The translations under genes were made by a program, and so were the position numbers. From contig CM120642.1 in assembly GCA_051362555.1 (NCBI GenBank), forward strand, positions 930,001-994,000: a stretch of 64,000 nucleotides of DNA. The letters run 5' to 3'. The stretch's first letter is position 1, and the number at the start of each line of letters is the position of its first letter. This DNA is from Lingula anatina (Eukaryota > Animalia > Brachiopoda). Below the pieces are notes generated by a model. It worked only from the letters and a program-made list of their open reading frames with translations, had not been told where the DNA came from and did no database searches. Positions 40,642 to 53,700 of the stretch are shown piece after piece.

Positions 40642-43600
40642 TGGGAAACGCAACAAAGTTTTTTTCTAAGTCAATGAAATGGTTTGAAGTGCTATTAGTC
40701 CAGGAAATTGGTGAAAAATTGTGCATTTTTTACCTACAAGCATGAAATTTGGCACACTTATGGACAATAAAATTCTAAGCAAATTTGGATATATGGGCAT
40801 GTCTGAAAATTCCAAAATGGCCGTCAAATCCAATATGGCCACCAAAATACCTTTTCAAATTAAAACTTTAAGTACATAGTCTTCTAATGACTTAAAATAT
40901 CATATAAAGGTTAGAAAACACCATGGTATGAATCCTTCAGGTATATTAAATCCAAAATGGCCGCCAAAAGTAAAAAAAGCAGACCATTTATTCAAGATAT
41001 CCATTTGAATGGGGAATTCATCAAGCACTTAAAACTACAAGCATAAAATTTGGCAGGTTTGTGGAAAATGAAATTCTGAGCAAGTTTGGATGTATGGGCA
41101 TATCCGAAAATTTAAAAATGGCCTTCAAATCCAAGATGGCCTCCAAAAATACGACTTCTAATTAAAACTTCAAGTATATAGTCTTTTAAGGGCGTAAATA
41201 TCATACAAAGGTTAAAAAACACCACGGTATGAATTCAGAATCAATATTTGCTTTTTTAGGTGTATTAAATCCAAAATGGCCGCAAATAGTAAAGAGCACT
41301 CTACTAATCCAAGATTTCCAGCAGAGTGGTTAATTTATCAAAAACTACAAGCATGGCATTTGGTACAGTTGTAAAACAGGATTCCAAGCACTTTTGGATG
41401 TATGAGCATGTCTAAAAATTTCAATATATGGCCCCCAAATCCAATATAGCCGACACAAATACCCGTTCAAATTAAAACTTCAAGTATATCTAATCCTATA
41501 ATAACTTAAGATAACATTTTATGGTTAGACAAGACTATGGTATGCATGAAGTATCAATATTTGATTCTTTAAGTGTATAGAAATCCAAAATGGCCTCCAA
41601 AAATAAGAAAAACAGGCCACTCACAGCAGCAGTATGGTGAATTCATCATGCACTTAAAACTACAAGCATGAAAATTGGCTCAATTGTACAGAACAGGATT
41701 CTAAGCAATTTGTTATATAGGGGCATGTCTGGATATTCTAATATGGCCACTAAAACCCTTTTAAAGTAAAAAAAAAAAGACTACTATATAATCTGACTGA
41801 CAACAGTTTTACTCTTTTTTGGTTTTTCGCTCCTTTAGTTACATTTAGACCCAAATGACCATAAAAAAATGGAACAGGACTCCTTTTGGTCTAGTTGTGA
41901 CACCACATGCAGCAATTCTATAAATGTCAAGGATATGAAAATGTCAAGGTATTTTCACAAATAAGTTTCAAATTAACGAAAGTTATTTTATCAAGTAAGT
42001 GTTGCACATTTTATGGGTGGTCAACCTTTTACTTTAGTAAATGGACAATATCTCAACAGAGGATAACAGCTAGCTACACCGAAATTTCTACTTATTTGGT
42101 TAAATAATTTTCATTTATTAATGTGTGCCTAGCTTTACTAGTAGTTGTGTTTCCCTCAGCTTTCCCAGTATTTCCTTAAAGCTAAAGCTTCTACATGTAA
42201 TCCACTTTCCCCAACAAAATACCAAGAGGCATTGGTCGTTTTTAACACCAGAAAGCATCAGTTTACATGCATGAGGGTCAATAGGAATATGAAAGTGTGG
42301 AAGGGCATATTAGTAGATGTAGGTTACTAGTGTGAACCCTTATAGCACCAGTCTTCCAATGCTTCTGACTCCCCTCACCACAGTTAGCAACTGCACACAT
42401 AACTACAAACAGATGTGGTAGGAGCTACCTGGTAGATTTTGTAAGCTGGGTAAGTGAATACTCCTCATGGCTTCATTCTGGATTGTCCCACAGAGACAAT
42501 GATGCCGGAAATCTCATGAATTTTTACCTTTCAAAGTCCATATTGCACTAATTTCTTGGTGTAATCCTCAGAATACATCGTTTTTTGAAGTTTTGTATGT
42601 ATTAACTGTCTGGAGGATTTTAATTCTTTTATTTTCATGTTCAGTTTTTTGAAAGTATAAGTTTGTAACTAAACAAGTTGCCAAATGATCAAATGAAAAC
42701 CAAAGTTTGGCGCCTATAGATCAGTGCTTCTTTTTTAGTGCACGAAGTGTGAAGTCTGCAATGCAACTCTTGGATACAGCACGTATCAACACCTGCCCTC
42801 TGTTTGGGGTACAGGTATTTCTTTGCTCATAAATTTTCACTAAATTCTCGGTAGCCATTACTGCGAATGTACTAAAGCCAATTTTTTTAATAAGAAGCTT
42901 TTCTAATTTACTTTTGAAGCACAAGATAACATCATAACATTATCGAGTGCAAATGTGCCCCGCTTTTAGTACTTTACCAATGAAAAACACCAAATTGTTG
43001 AGACCTGTATGTTTGATTAGCTGTCATTTTTGTTATATTTATGAGCATTTGATGAAGCGCCATGCACTGATCTAGCTGAAGAATCATAACCAACAGACAA
43101 AATTGGTACACCCCAAGTTTTTTATATTTGCCTCTTTAAGGCTAAGTTATTCTGGTGTTTCTTTCACATTTTATGGATTTTGCACGATACTTTTTTTCTT
43201 AGAAAGGGGGAGTCACTCATGAGTGCCATATAAGAAGATTGCTAAATGGGAATTGATCTAAATGAGAATCCAGAGCAAAAAGTCAAACTACTTATGTTGG
43301 TTTATCAAAAGAAGGACTTTTTTCAGTACATAATAAATGTATCATGCTTGATGGTTTTTTAAAAACTCTGTAGAATAGCTCCTGCACAGGTAGGAATATG
43401 CTGATTATACAGGTAGTTTGCAAAGCCCACATGCCTATTCCCGAGTGATTACAATTCAATAGTTGTGGTCTGCTGACTTTTGGAGGCCATTTTGGAATTT
43501 TAAAACCTTAAGTGGCAGATATTGATACTTCATACATACAATGGTATTTTCTTACCATTAAATGATATTTTTATAAAAGACTATACAAATAACTTTCACC

Positions 43601-44924
43601 TTGAAAGGGTATTTTGGGGGCAATATTGAAATTGGCTGCCATATTGGAATTTTCAGACATGCCCCTATATCCAACGTTGCTTAGAATCATGTTCTACATA
43701 ACTGTGCCAATTTTTATGCTTGTAATTGTAAGTGCTTGATGATTTTACAAAACTGCTGCATATTTTGCATCAGTAAACTGCTTATTTTACTTTTGGAGGC
43801 CATTTTGGAATTCTATACACCTGTAGAACCGGATATTGATAATTCATTCATAGCATGATATTTTCCAGCTATAAAATGATATTCTAAACCATTTTAGGAC
43901 TATATATTAGATGTTTTAATTTAAAAGAGTATTTGTGGTGGCCATATTGGATTTGGCGGCCATACTGGAATTTTCAGACATGCCCATATATCCAAAAAAG
44001 CTTAGAATTCCATTATCTACAACTGTGGCAAATTTCATGCTTGTAGGTAAAAAACGCACAATTCACCCTTTTTTCTGCACCAATTTCTTGGACTATATTG
44101 AGGTAGAATTGGAATGTGTACGGGGTTCCTTCGGCTAGGTATGCTGAATTTGGTGAGGCTGCCCCTGGGACAGACGATTATATACATGTATAATCTATTT
44201 CACATTGTTATTTTCTAGACCATCATAGTGACGAACTAGAAACGTACTGGATTAATTGATTTAACATTAGGGATTTGCAGAGGTTCTTCGGGATTATATT
44301 GTGAGTTTGGATGTGGTCGCCGTGGGGTTGTCGATTCTAATTAAATTTTACATCGTAATTTGTCTTCGCCGTATAAAAGAAATCCAGAGAACAGTCAAAT
44401 ATACGTTTTTTTTCATTTAGTCATCGGCGGATGGTCCCCATGGTCCATCAACACTGGCTGTTGTAACGGGCTGAAGATCAGACATCGTACTTGTACCCAC
44501 CCTCCCCCAGTCAACTCACCTGAGTGTGCAGGACACGCTGTGGACAGTGTTATGTGTGGACCAGAGGACAAAGAGATCTGTGTGGGATGTCCAAGAGACT
44601 GCCCAAGACGTGAGTAGAATGGTTACTCAAACAATGTGTTCTGTAAAGTCACACTCTTTTTCTGTAATATCCTTCCTTTTTAGTTTCTGGCAAATTAAAT
44701 TGGAAGGTACCTTAAGAAATGTCAGTCCACATTTTGGAGTTCATCTCTTCTGTTCTTCAAACGCAGATCTGAATTCTTTAAAGGAAATGGAAAGCACTAC
44801 CTGAAACTGACTCTCCGACTCAAAATGAGGTATTTTTCTCGTTTCAGCGTACATGTTTCACCATCACCACCACCACGGTCCAGATGACGGCCATGTCCAC
44901 GATCACGTGTTACACCGGAAGTAG
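39370..44924 (+). CDS. Gene E: secreted 2xTSR protein with His-rich tail, 183 aa (exons 39370-39424, 39707-39937, 44421-44609, 44848-44924)
   Basis: TATTTAA at 39304; signal peptide [51 protein letters not shown]...RHRTC. Three phase-1 GT-AG introns. Last exon encodes PYMFHHHHHHGPDDGHVHDHVLHRK*. Confidence 0.85.
40491..40589. repeat. Short foldback, followed by (TAA)n/(TA)n
   Basis: CGGTTGCAAAATGCGTTCAGTTGCAAAATGCG pairs with CGCATTTTGCAACTGCAACGCATTTTGCAACCG. Confidence 0.7.
40696..44095. mobile_element. Non-autonomous foldback DNA transposon (Academ-like) in intron 2 of gene E
   Basis: Termini TAGTCCAGGAAATTGGTG and CACCAATTTCTTGGACTA, with TAT on both flanks. Long TIRs are built of about 300-315-bp units (CTACAAGCAT near 40735, 41035, 41345, 41660; inverted near 43720, 44040). 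No intact ORF. Superfamily assignment is inferred. Confidence 0.75.
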
Positions 44925-46096
44925 TTCTTTCCTGGATTGAAGCAGACGACAAAGACTTACGTTTACTTCAAATTGTGTAATTCTGAAAGAAAACCTAAGA
45001 CAATTCATATTGAAGAGACAATAACATCTAATACAACATTTTATTTTCACTTTATTTCTGCAAGATTTATCTTTGTTACATTATAAAAACGTAATCAAAA
45101 ATTTAAGTTTTCACCGTTCCAAACAAGGTTTGTAGGCCAAGTTATATACTATTTTTAGGTGCAAAAATTAAAATTTTATTTTTGTTAAGGTCCTTATCGA
45201 ATTAGCAAAATTCTGAAAATATAAAATTACTATGTTTTCTCTAAAGGTATTTTCGCAACAGTGTCATTTCTGGATCCTTTTTAACTTTTGTTTAGAACTG
45301 CATATCTTTTGGTGAAGTATTTATATTGCATGATAAATATTTTCACTAGTAATGAACGTCTGATGAGGTGTCTCAAGCACCAAAGCTGAAACTGCGGAGA
45401 TGAACACACACACGTGCCCTCGCACGTATGCACGCACGAACAAACAGATTCACACACACTGGCACACATACGAATTAACACACACACAAGCACACATGCA
45501 CATTACACAAGCATTAATTACTGTAAACACAAGACACATTTGAGATGTCAGTTGTGTCTTTTCTGGTGACAAGAATAGGCTTCGCGCCATTCCAGCTTGA
45601 CCCAGTTCCTACCGAGTTAGGCCATTCCTGACGGCCAGTTGTGCAATTCTTCAGTTTTATAATAATAAAACTATACATTGTGTTATGATAAAATACGCTT
45701 CTACGGAAAACGTAAAAGCAAAAACAAATAAAGTCTGATTCACAGAAAGCGCACTGTATTGTGTCTCAGCGCGGTTTACAATTATTAACTTACTTTATTT
45801 TGCTTGCGATTTCAGCCAACAAGATAAAACACATTTAAATACATTAGTTTTTGTGTGTAGAGGAGAGGGGGCCGTTCCATCGAAAATGTGCACGACCTAA
45901 ATAGAAATAGAAAGATGGTTATAAACGTACATGGGCAGATAGCACATGCATATCTTTGAGGTGAAAGTGGTGCAAGCGAAAGGTCGTCTTTTGAGGGAAA
46001 AATACTCATTCCGAGTCCCCGTGGCATCCCCGCCCCCTCTCCCCTAACGTCGAGATGTGAACACCAGATGTTACCTTAAGACGGCTTGGGCAGCTG

Positions 46097-46197
46097 TGAC
46101 GTCATCAGCGTCAACTTTTTTCATTGGTGAAACGACCGGAACGAGCTGTTACCATGCCAACGGTGACCTGGCAGAACTGTCTCTCAGGTGTTATAAA
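46097..46197 (+). promoter_or_regulatory. Promoter of gene F: CRE 46097-46104, X-box-like GTTACCATGCCAAC 46148-46161, TATAAA 46192-46197
   Basis: Consensus motifs, positionally conserved in G and H. Confidence 0.55.
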
Positions 46198-46247
46198 TGT
46201 GGAGCTTCTACTCGCTGGAAGCGTCTCCTCGGGGGTTTCACCATCAG

Positions 46248-48765
46248 ATGATGAAGACAAGTTTCATCGGAGTGCTTTTTCTAGGACTCTGGGCGCATTC
46301 GGCAGGTAAAATGTGAATTTTTAACTTACTTCGTGAAGATAAAACATCTCTATCCTTCTCTCAAACAAAAACAAATTATCCATACTTCTTATGGATTTAA
46401 CTTTATCAATACATCTAGTAAAATGTACAGAATGCTCATTCACTCACTGTTTCTATTTATTTTAATGATATTCTTCTTTGAGTTGACTGGATCTAACCAT
46501 CTACTACAATGTATGTGCCAGCAACAGCGTTAATGCAATGAGCAATTTCGTTCATATCGTCTTGAAATGATAATATAAAAAGTTCTAGTCACTTCGTTCT
46601 CTAATTTTTATCCCATGAGGCGTGTTCATTAAAACTTCGATTTTTCTCTTCAATATTCAGCCCACAGCGTAGTCAATGCGCCCACGTATTTAGCCTGGAT
46701 TGCCGAATGGGCCGCATGGGGGAATTACAGCACGTGCACGGCGAGTTGTGGAGGAGGAATCAAGATGCGAACAAGAGAGTGTATTGTGAAGCAGGTTCAC
46801 TACCATTATTTCTATAATGTTGGTACCAAACCCTCTTGCTGTGCCGGAGCGTCTGTTGAGGTGGAACCATGTAATACCCACATGTGCGTCAGTAAGTGTG
46901 CTCGTTTTTGTTTTCAGATTTTCATTGGAGTGGGAATTTCAAAATCTGAAACTTTCCACAAAATATAAGCTTACAAGTCACAAGATTGTTATTCTTTTTT
47001 AAAAAGATAATTCAGTTTTCCAGAACAAGTTCCATTTGGAATATTACCACACGCGCAGACCCGTCTCATTTACAGCATTTTCCCTCTCAAAACATTCAAT
47101 GACTTTGTTTGAAGTTGCTGTGAAATGTTTGCAGTAAAATGTCCTCAGCTTGGAGCAAACACAGACTAAATATTCCGTCTTTTCAGTCATCGGCGGATGG
47201 TCCCCATGGTCCATCAACACTGGCTGCTGTAACGGGCTGAAGATCAGACATCGTAGTTGTACCAACCCTACCCCGGTCAACTCCCCAGAATGTACCGGGC
47301 CTGCAGTGGACAGTGTTATGTGTGGACCAGAGGACAAAGAGATCTGTGTGGGCTGCCCGAGAGACTGTCCCAGACGTAAGTAAAATGGTTACATTGGGGT
47401 TGTAGAATAAGCTAGTGCTCACTAACTCAGCAGGGACTCTCGCTGAATACAACCAAATTAATAGACCAACACGCCTCCTCTTGTTCCCAACATTCATACA
47501 ATGACCAGCTTTTCTGTATTGCAATCAGTGGCAGGGGAAGGAGGCGTGCTGATTTGTTAATTAATCTGATTGCTTTCAATGAGAGTCCCCATGGAGTTGG
47601 TGCGCACCTTTAAAACTACAGAAAGGTACATATGTAGAGTTACAGACGTTTTGTGATCTGTCAGTGGACATAGAATTAATTTTCACTGAAGACAATGCGT
47701 CTTTGTCTCTATCAGAGAGACTGCCACCGAGGTAAGCAGAAATAGACGTCAGAGACTCCATGGAAACAACTCCAGTTTCAGAGTTTACTGGAAAGTCCCC
47801 GCTATATTATTAGTATACCTGGCCCCAGTTTTACAAAAAACTTAGTTCCCTGGCTTAGTTGACAAGGATTTCCATGAGAGTGTTTTACACTGCTCCTGAT
47901 AGGGTAAGACGTGCCCATGTGGCCATGTAACCTTGGTAATTGAGTCCTTAGCCAGGGAACCTGATTTAAGTTTTTTTGTGAAACCGGAGCCTGTACCATA
48001 CTGGATACTGGACATGGTATAGACATGCTGGACAATAAAGGGTAGCTTCCACTGACCTCTGCTTCTCAATGAACTACAATTTGTCAAAATATAATCTTGT
48101 TATTGTATATTTTTCTTGGTACAACATGGTCAAGGCGTATATCTCAGTCGTAAAATATGGGTATTTTGTTCACCAAAAGGACTATAAAGAACAATCAAAA
48201 TGTTTGTTGTGTCTTCAATTTTTTTAAACGTCTAGTTATTTCAGTTCAATATCAGAAGTAGCTTTACAATGCTTCGCATTTTTGCAGGCCTGTGTTAGTT
48301 TCACTGGTACATCTCAACACCAAATTACTAAGAACTTAACGTTGGGATTACTTCACTGAAGAACAAAATGTACGAATGTCATTTTTTAGCGATTGCTTAA
48401 TCGCCTATTTACCAAAACTATCTGCAGGTAGAAAACACCAATGGAAAAACTAAAATATACTAACTTTCTGTTTTCGTTATTCTATAGGTTGATTTTTTTG
48501 TGTGCTCACCTTTGTTAAAAGCTTTCCAAACCAGTGACCTATAGTTTGTCTCAAATTTTGATTAAGAAACTTGCTTTCACTTGATTGTGCACTTGATCCA
48601 AGTGGTTCTCGCAACGACATTGATAACAAGATCTCGTTTATTCTCGTTTCAGCGAGTATTCATTACCCCTACGCTCCGGTTGCTAAATATCCCTACTATC
48701 CGCAGTATCAAGTCGCTGATCATGGGCACGACCAAGATCAGGACAATATGCAGGGCCCGAACTAA
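46248..48765 (+). CDS. Gene F: secreted 2xTSR protein with Tyr/Pro-rich tail, 196 aa (exons 46248-46305, 46661-46891, 47187-47375, 48653-48765)
   Basis: Signal peptide MMKTSFIGVLFLGLWAHSA. Exon 2 and 3 lengths (231, 189) equal those of E; all introns phase 1. Tail PSIHYPYAPVAKYPYYPQYQVADHGHDQDQDNMQGPN*. Confidence 0.88.
47415..47608. mobile_element. Palindromic MITE-like element, same family as 6452-6639
   Basis: GTGCTCACTAACTCAGCAGGGACTCTC pairs with GAGAGTCCCCATGGAGTTGGTGCGCAC. Truncated copies near 54660 and 61373. Confidence 0.55.
47822..47990. mobile_element. Harbinger-like MITE in intron 3 of F
   Basis: GCCCCAGTTTTACAAAAAACTTA pairs with TAAGTTTTTTTGTGAAACCGGAGC; CTG on both flanks; not present in intron 3 of G. 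Confidence 0.6.
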
Positions 48766-51499
48766 GACGCTCGTCGGCGGCCTCCAACTGATAACAATTT
48801 TGACATCATTTCAAACATTATTTGCTTCTCAAACCAATCCGACTTTGACAGAGCTAAAATAGAAAAAATGAGAAGTAAAAAGTGAAAAAAAAAAGAAATT
48901 AAAGTTCAACTGACACGATTATTGTACGCCATCACGATATTAAGGCAATTAAATTCAGTGAACAGTAGTCACTGCTTTTACTTTTATAAAATATGGCTAA
49001 AGTGCATTAAAATCAAAGTACGTTACTATCGTTTAAAAATTTAGACACCTTTTGAAATATATTTTTCCGCTCCCTTCCACCTCTGAAAATATAAAATTGA
49101 AAATGGAAATTGTTTAAGAACAAGTAATTAAACAATTTTGTAGTATGTCAATTTATGTAATGATATCAGACAACTTGAGAAGATATGAAATAAAAAGGCA
49201 GCAACAACTAACTAAGGTGTTTTCCATTTCTTGCAATGTCAGTGTGACACGGTATGTTGCTTAATGTGTCTGTCGTTAACATCAAATACCTCGTTGCGTA
49301 CGACTCGCATAAAAAGACATTTAGTTCAAAATAATAAGTTTAAAATGTTATTTTTGAAGCTTGCTTACTCTTCCAAATTAAACAGATTCCTTTAAAGTAT
49401 CTTAACCTCTGGAATTCAGCGTTCAGGCCCTGTCCACGAGATTTTATTTTCTAATAGGAGAAACACGTTGATGTCCACAAAATAAAAATTTTATAGGTTC
49501 TTTGGGGCACATCTGGCACACCCGAACATTACAAAAAAAGGAGTTCACATAGTTCCGAAAGTCCATCTGTATTTTCCATGCCTCCCTCACACTCACTCTC
49601 TCTTTATCTCTGTTCGTGGAACGGGGGGGGGGGGGGGGGGTTGTACCTAGAGATCGAACCACATGTTTCTGGAAAATGACGGCTCATTCACGGTTTGGAT
49701 AGTCGAGGGAATATGATCAGAATTTAATGTCGGTGCTGTATGGATGAAAAACATTAGAATTAATATCAAATGAACTTACTTCTTTGGCAGTATTGTAAAT
49801 AAAAGTGAGCTTTATGTAGTCGATGTATCATCTTAATAACAGATAGCAAGACGTCTGATACATTTGTGATATCTCAGCGACCAAATATTATCAACCAGGC
49901 TGACTTATGCGTATCTTGCTGTTTAATGTTATAATACTGTACTGTAACTAACATGAATTGTTTAGCTTTATTCAAAATGTACTTTTTGGAGGCATTAGGC
50001 ATTATGATGAGTTAAAAAAATGAAAAAAATCACATCGAACCAAGGTGCTCTCTATTTTTGTGATATCAGTGTGACACGGTATGTTGCTTAATGTGTCTGT
50101 CTTTAACATCAAATACCTCCTTGCAAACGACTCGCATGAAAAAAGACATTTAGTTCAAATTAATAAATTTAAAATGTCCTTTTTAAGTTGGTGCAATACA
50201 GAATATTTACCTTGCTTTCTCTTCCAAATTAAACAGATTCCTTTAAAGTACTTTAACCTCTTTAATTCAGCGTTCCATAAAGGACAGAAACAAGTTGATA
50301 TCAACAAAATAAAAATTTTATAGGTTCTTCGGGGCACATCCTGCACACCGAAACATTATAAAGAAAGAAGTTCCCATAGTTTCGAAAGTTCATTTTGCCT
50401 TACCATATCTCTCCCTGTAGGCCTATGTGGGACGGAAGGGGGGGAGAGGGGGTGGGTCCTGAGAGGTCAAACCATATCTTTTGGGCAACGATGGCCCATA
50501 CACGGTTTGGATAATTGGGGGAACATGATCAGATTTTAACGTTGCTGCTGTATGCATGAAATACATTATAATTAATATCAAATGAACTTACTTTATAATA
50601 TTTCTAAAATACTGCCTATATCCGTTAAATAAAGAGATCAAATATTGTACTTTCTTCTCCGTTTTCTGAGGTTTCATAATATCCTTGTTTAATTATTGGG
50701 TTTGAACGTGTGTTATTAGATCACTTATTGTAAGTTGAAATATGTCTTATTGTTTAAAGATATTCTGCATATGATCTAAATCTACCATACGTATCCTGCA
50801 AAGTTAATACCTTTCCCAATTCAGGTCTTAAAAAAGATAAAACCGATCAAATAAAAGTACCTACCGTTTCCCTGTGTAGAAAGAAATGGCGTTCCAAATG
50901 CTTGACCAGTCATTTAGAACTAAAGCATTAAACTAGAAGCTGCATTCTGGCGTGAAAAAAGAGCTCCTTAAAAGTACAAGAACGTATGTCAAAACCAGTT
51001 AATACTGGTCAACGATCTCGAGATCATATCATGTCATTAAGTAGACATACACAGCTGGAGTTATCATGTTTTCCACCTGCTCATGAAGGATGACTTATCA
51101 CATGGGTTTAAATAGCTATAAATGTAAGGTTTGAATTGAAAGTCAGGATAGCAAAATGCTGCCAGTCATAAATCTTGCTAGGCAGCATTTTTATGTTCAA
51201 TAAATATTTGAATGCACAAAAATACAAATGATAAAAAACTCTTAATATGGGATAATTATGTACAGATGTTTCTTAAGCATAAAATGAATTATCAGATCTA
51301 CGTTGTCAAGTATTAAGTAAGAGATTGGTATAGTCTTAGATTCTGCAATATCAGATATGATATAATAATGATTGTTTTCATTTTTCGCTCTGCGCTGTTC
51401 ACATTCATTATCTGAAACTCCACTGATAAATTAAAAACAAATATAAAAGAAATAAAATTCCAACAAAGGCATACATTGATCAAAATACCGAGATCAAAT

Positions 51500-52510
51500 C
51501 TACGTTGCAACAAAGGGTACAGACCAATGGTACAGATTTCAATGGCTGCCACCTCGAGGAATGGAGTCGTCAACTCAGCCTCCCAAGCGAGATCCTGACT
51601 TATAATTGCAATCAAGCGGTCTAGTTCCTGTTTTCAGTCTTATGCATATGGCGATTTTGGTTTCAACTCAGCCTCCCAAACGAGATCCTGACTTATAATT
51701 GCAATCAAGCGGTCTAGTTCCTGTTTTCAGTCTTATGACGATTTTGGTTTCAAGCGGCTCTGGATACGGTCTCATACTTTAAAATTAGGGGCAATTTTTA
51801 GAGCGAAAATAAACACATTGCATCACATTTTAAGGGTAATTGCCAAGACGCAAGGTGTCTGGGGTGCCGGTGTTCAGTATTTAAATAGGAGACACTCCAA
51901 ACTGTAACTCGCAGCTGTTTAAGGATTCAGCAAGGGGCAACCATGAAGTTCGTTGGCGTTAAAAGGATTTGGTATCGTTTTTATCTTTGGTTCCATTACA
52001 ACATTGTTTAATTTTGCTTAGCACTTGGAATTTTAGAACGAAAAGAATGAAGCAGTGCTATTTCTTCAATCTACATGCAGTATTAAAATGTTGTAAAGCT
52101 TTGATATTTCAGTGTAATGTCTGTCAAGTGATAAAAGACAAGAATGCTGCATTTATGCAGTAGTGAGATTTTCCCGACTTTTTGGGAGACAAAAATATCA
52201 TTTTTGAGAACGATGCACGTGACCCCTAAGGCCCCACGCCATATTTTCTGATCCTCTTCACCGAATACAGTCTCATCTCTGTTTCCATCAATGACATCTT
52301 CCCTCTGGGGTTCAAAATTTTCAAGGGTCGGATCATGCACAAGCATTACAAAGTCGCAACAACTGCCGAGACGGTTCCGTTGCTGCCATACCAGTGAGAA
52401 CAGGGGGCGTAACAGATGCCCATAACATGGGGTCTCTGTAAATGGTTCAGAAAATCGCCGTAGACCATCGAAGATGAGGCAGAGCTTGAATTGAAATGAT
52501 TGCGCAAAAA
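51500..52510 (+). pseudogene. Deleted copy 1 of gene E (promoter and first codons fused to intron-2 sequence)
   Basis: Aligns to 39045-39385 (TATTTAAATA, CAGCAAGGGGC..CCATGAAGTTCGTTGGCGT; ATG 51943), then jumps to sequence matching 39970-40460. Exons 2-4 absent. About 95-bp local tandem duplication at 51570-51750. Confidence 0.8.
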
Positions 52511-52689
52511 AAAAAACACAAGGTTTCAGTTCGGTCTGCAAAAATAAAGGGGCCATTTTACTTTACAGGCAGTTGACGGTACTCTCTTACAGTGATATTT
52601 TTCACCAGTTATTTACTGGTATTTATCTGATTTATTCTGTGCATATTTCTGCACTGTGTACAAAGGACGACACCACCCATGTAAACTCT

Positions 52690-53185
52690 GACAGAAATTC
52701 AGCCTCAACGACAGAACACTGGAGAAAGAAGTCCAAAGAAAAATAAATCCAGGATCGGTAGCATTTACAATGCACAAAGACACATTTATTCAAAGACAAC
52801 CTCCTCAAAAGTCTGAGAAGAAAAGTGCTCCATGCATGTGTATTGCCGGTTGTCATCTCTGGTTCAGTGACATGGGCAATGAATGCAAACATGGGAAAAA
52901 CACAAGTAGCACTGAGAAAGATGGAAAGAAATATGTTGAACACCAGGGTTAGAGATAGGAAGACCACTTAGTGGATAAAAGAACAGAAGTATGTGCTGCT
53001 TACAATTATGACAGATGGACAATAAGGCTGACAGAATGGACACCAAGATATGGTCATAAGAAACCAGGGAAGCCTCGTAAGTGATGGAGGGATGGATTAG
53101 ATGAGTATTAAAAAAATCAAACTGGACAAACTGGACGAAGCATGCTGAGACCTGTGTCCAAAGGTGGAACACGTTAGGTTCTTAA
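52690..53185 (+). mobile_element. RTE-clade LINE 3' fragment (copy 1)
   Basis: Frameshifted paralog of 59330-59835. Confidence 0.75.
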
Positions 53186-53594
53186 TGGTGATATGATGAT
53201 TACTAACATTATTTTTATTTGTTTGCGGTTTAACCAACCAGATAAAACATAAACTACAAATGTATTCGATCTTTTTAGTGTAGAGGGGAGAGAGCTCGTT
53301 CCATTGTAAATGTGCGCGACCTAAACTAAAACAGAAAGATGGTTCTAAATGTAGATTGGCAAGTTGTTCATGCATATATCTGAGGTAAAGATGGTGCAAG
53401 GAAAAGATCGTCGTCTGATGGAAAATTTCTCATTGCGACTCCACGTTGCATCCCCGACCCCTCTCCCCTCAAGTCGATATGTGAACACTCGGGGTTACCT
53501 GAAGACGGCTGGGGCATCTGTGATGTCATTAGCGACATTTTTGTGGGTTCGTCAGGCCAAAAAAAAAAAACGTGAACCAACGACCTCAAAGACT

Positions 53595-53650
53595 GTCACC
53601 ATGGCAACGGCCAGTGACCTGACGGACCTGCCCGTCTCGGATGTTATAAA
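53595..53650 (+). promoter_or_regulatory. X-box GTCACCATGGCAAC (53595-53608) and TATAAA of gene G
   Basis: Matches the RFX X-box consensus; TATA about 37 bp downstream. Confidence 0.55.
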
Positions 53651-53700
53651 TGTGGAGCTTCTACTCGCTGGCCGCATCTCTTCGGGGGTTTCACCATCAG

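Noticed and set aside
53650-53700. Upstream in-frame ATG extending G and H (MWSFYSL...)
   Set aside because: The ATG overlaps the TATA box (TATAAATG), so it lies upstream of the expected TSS; the equivalent ATG in F is out of frame.
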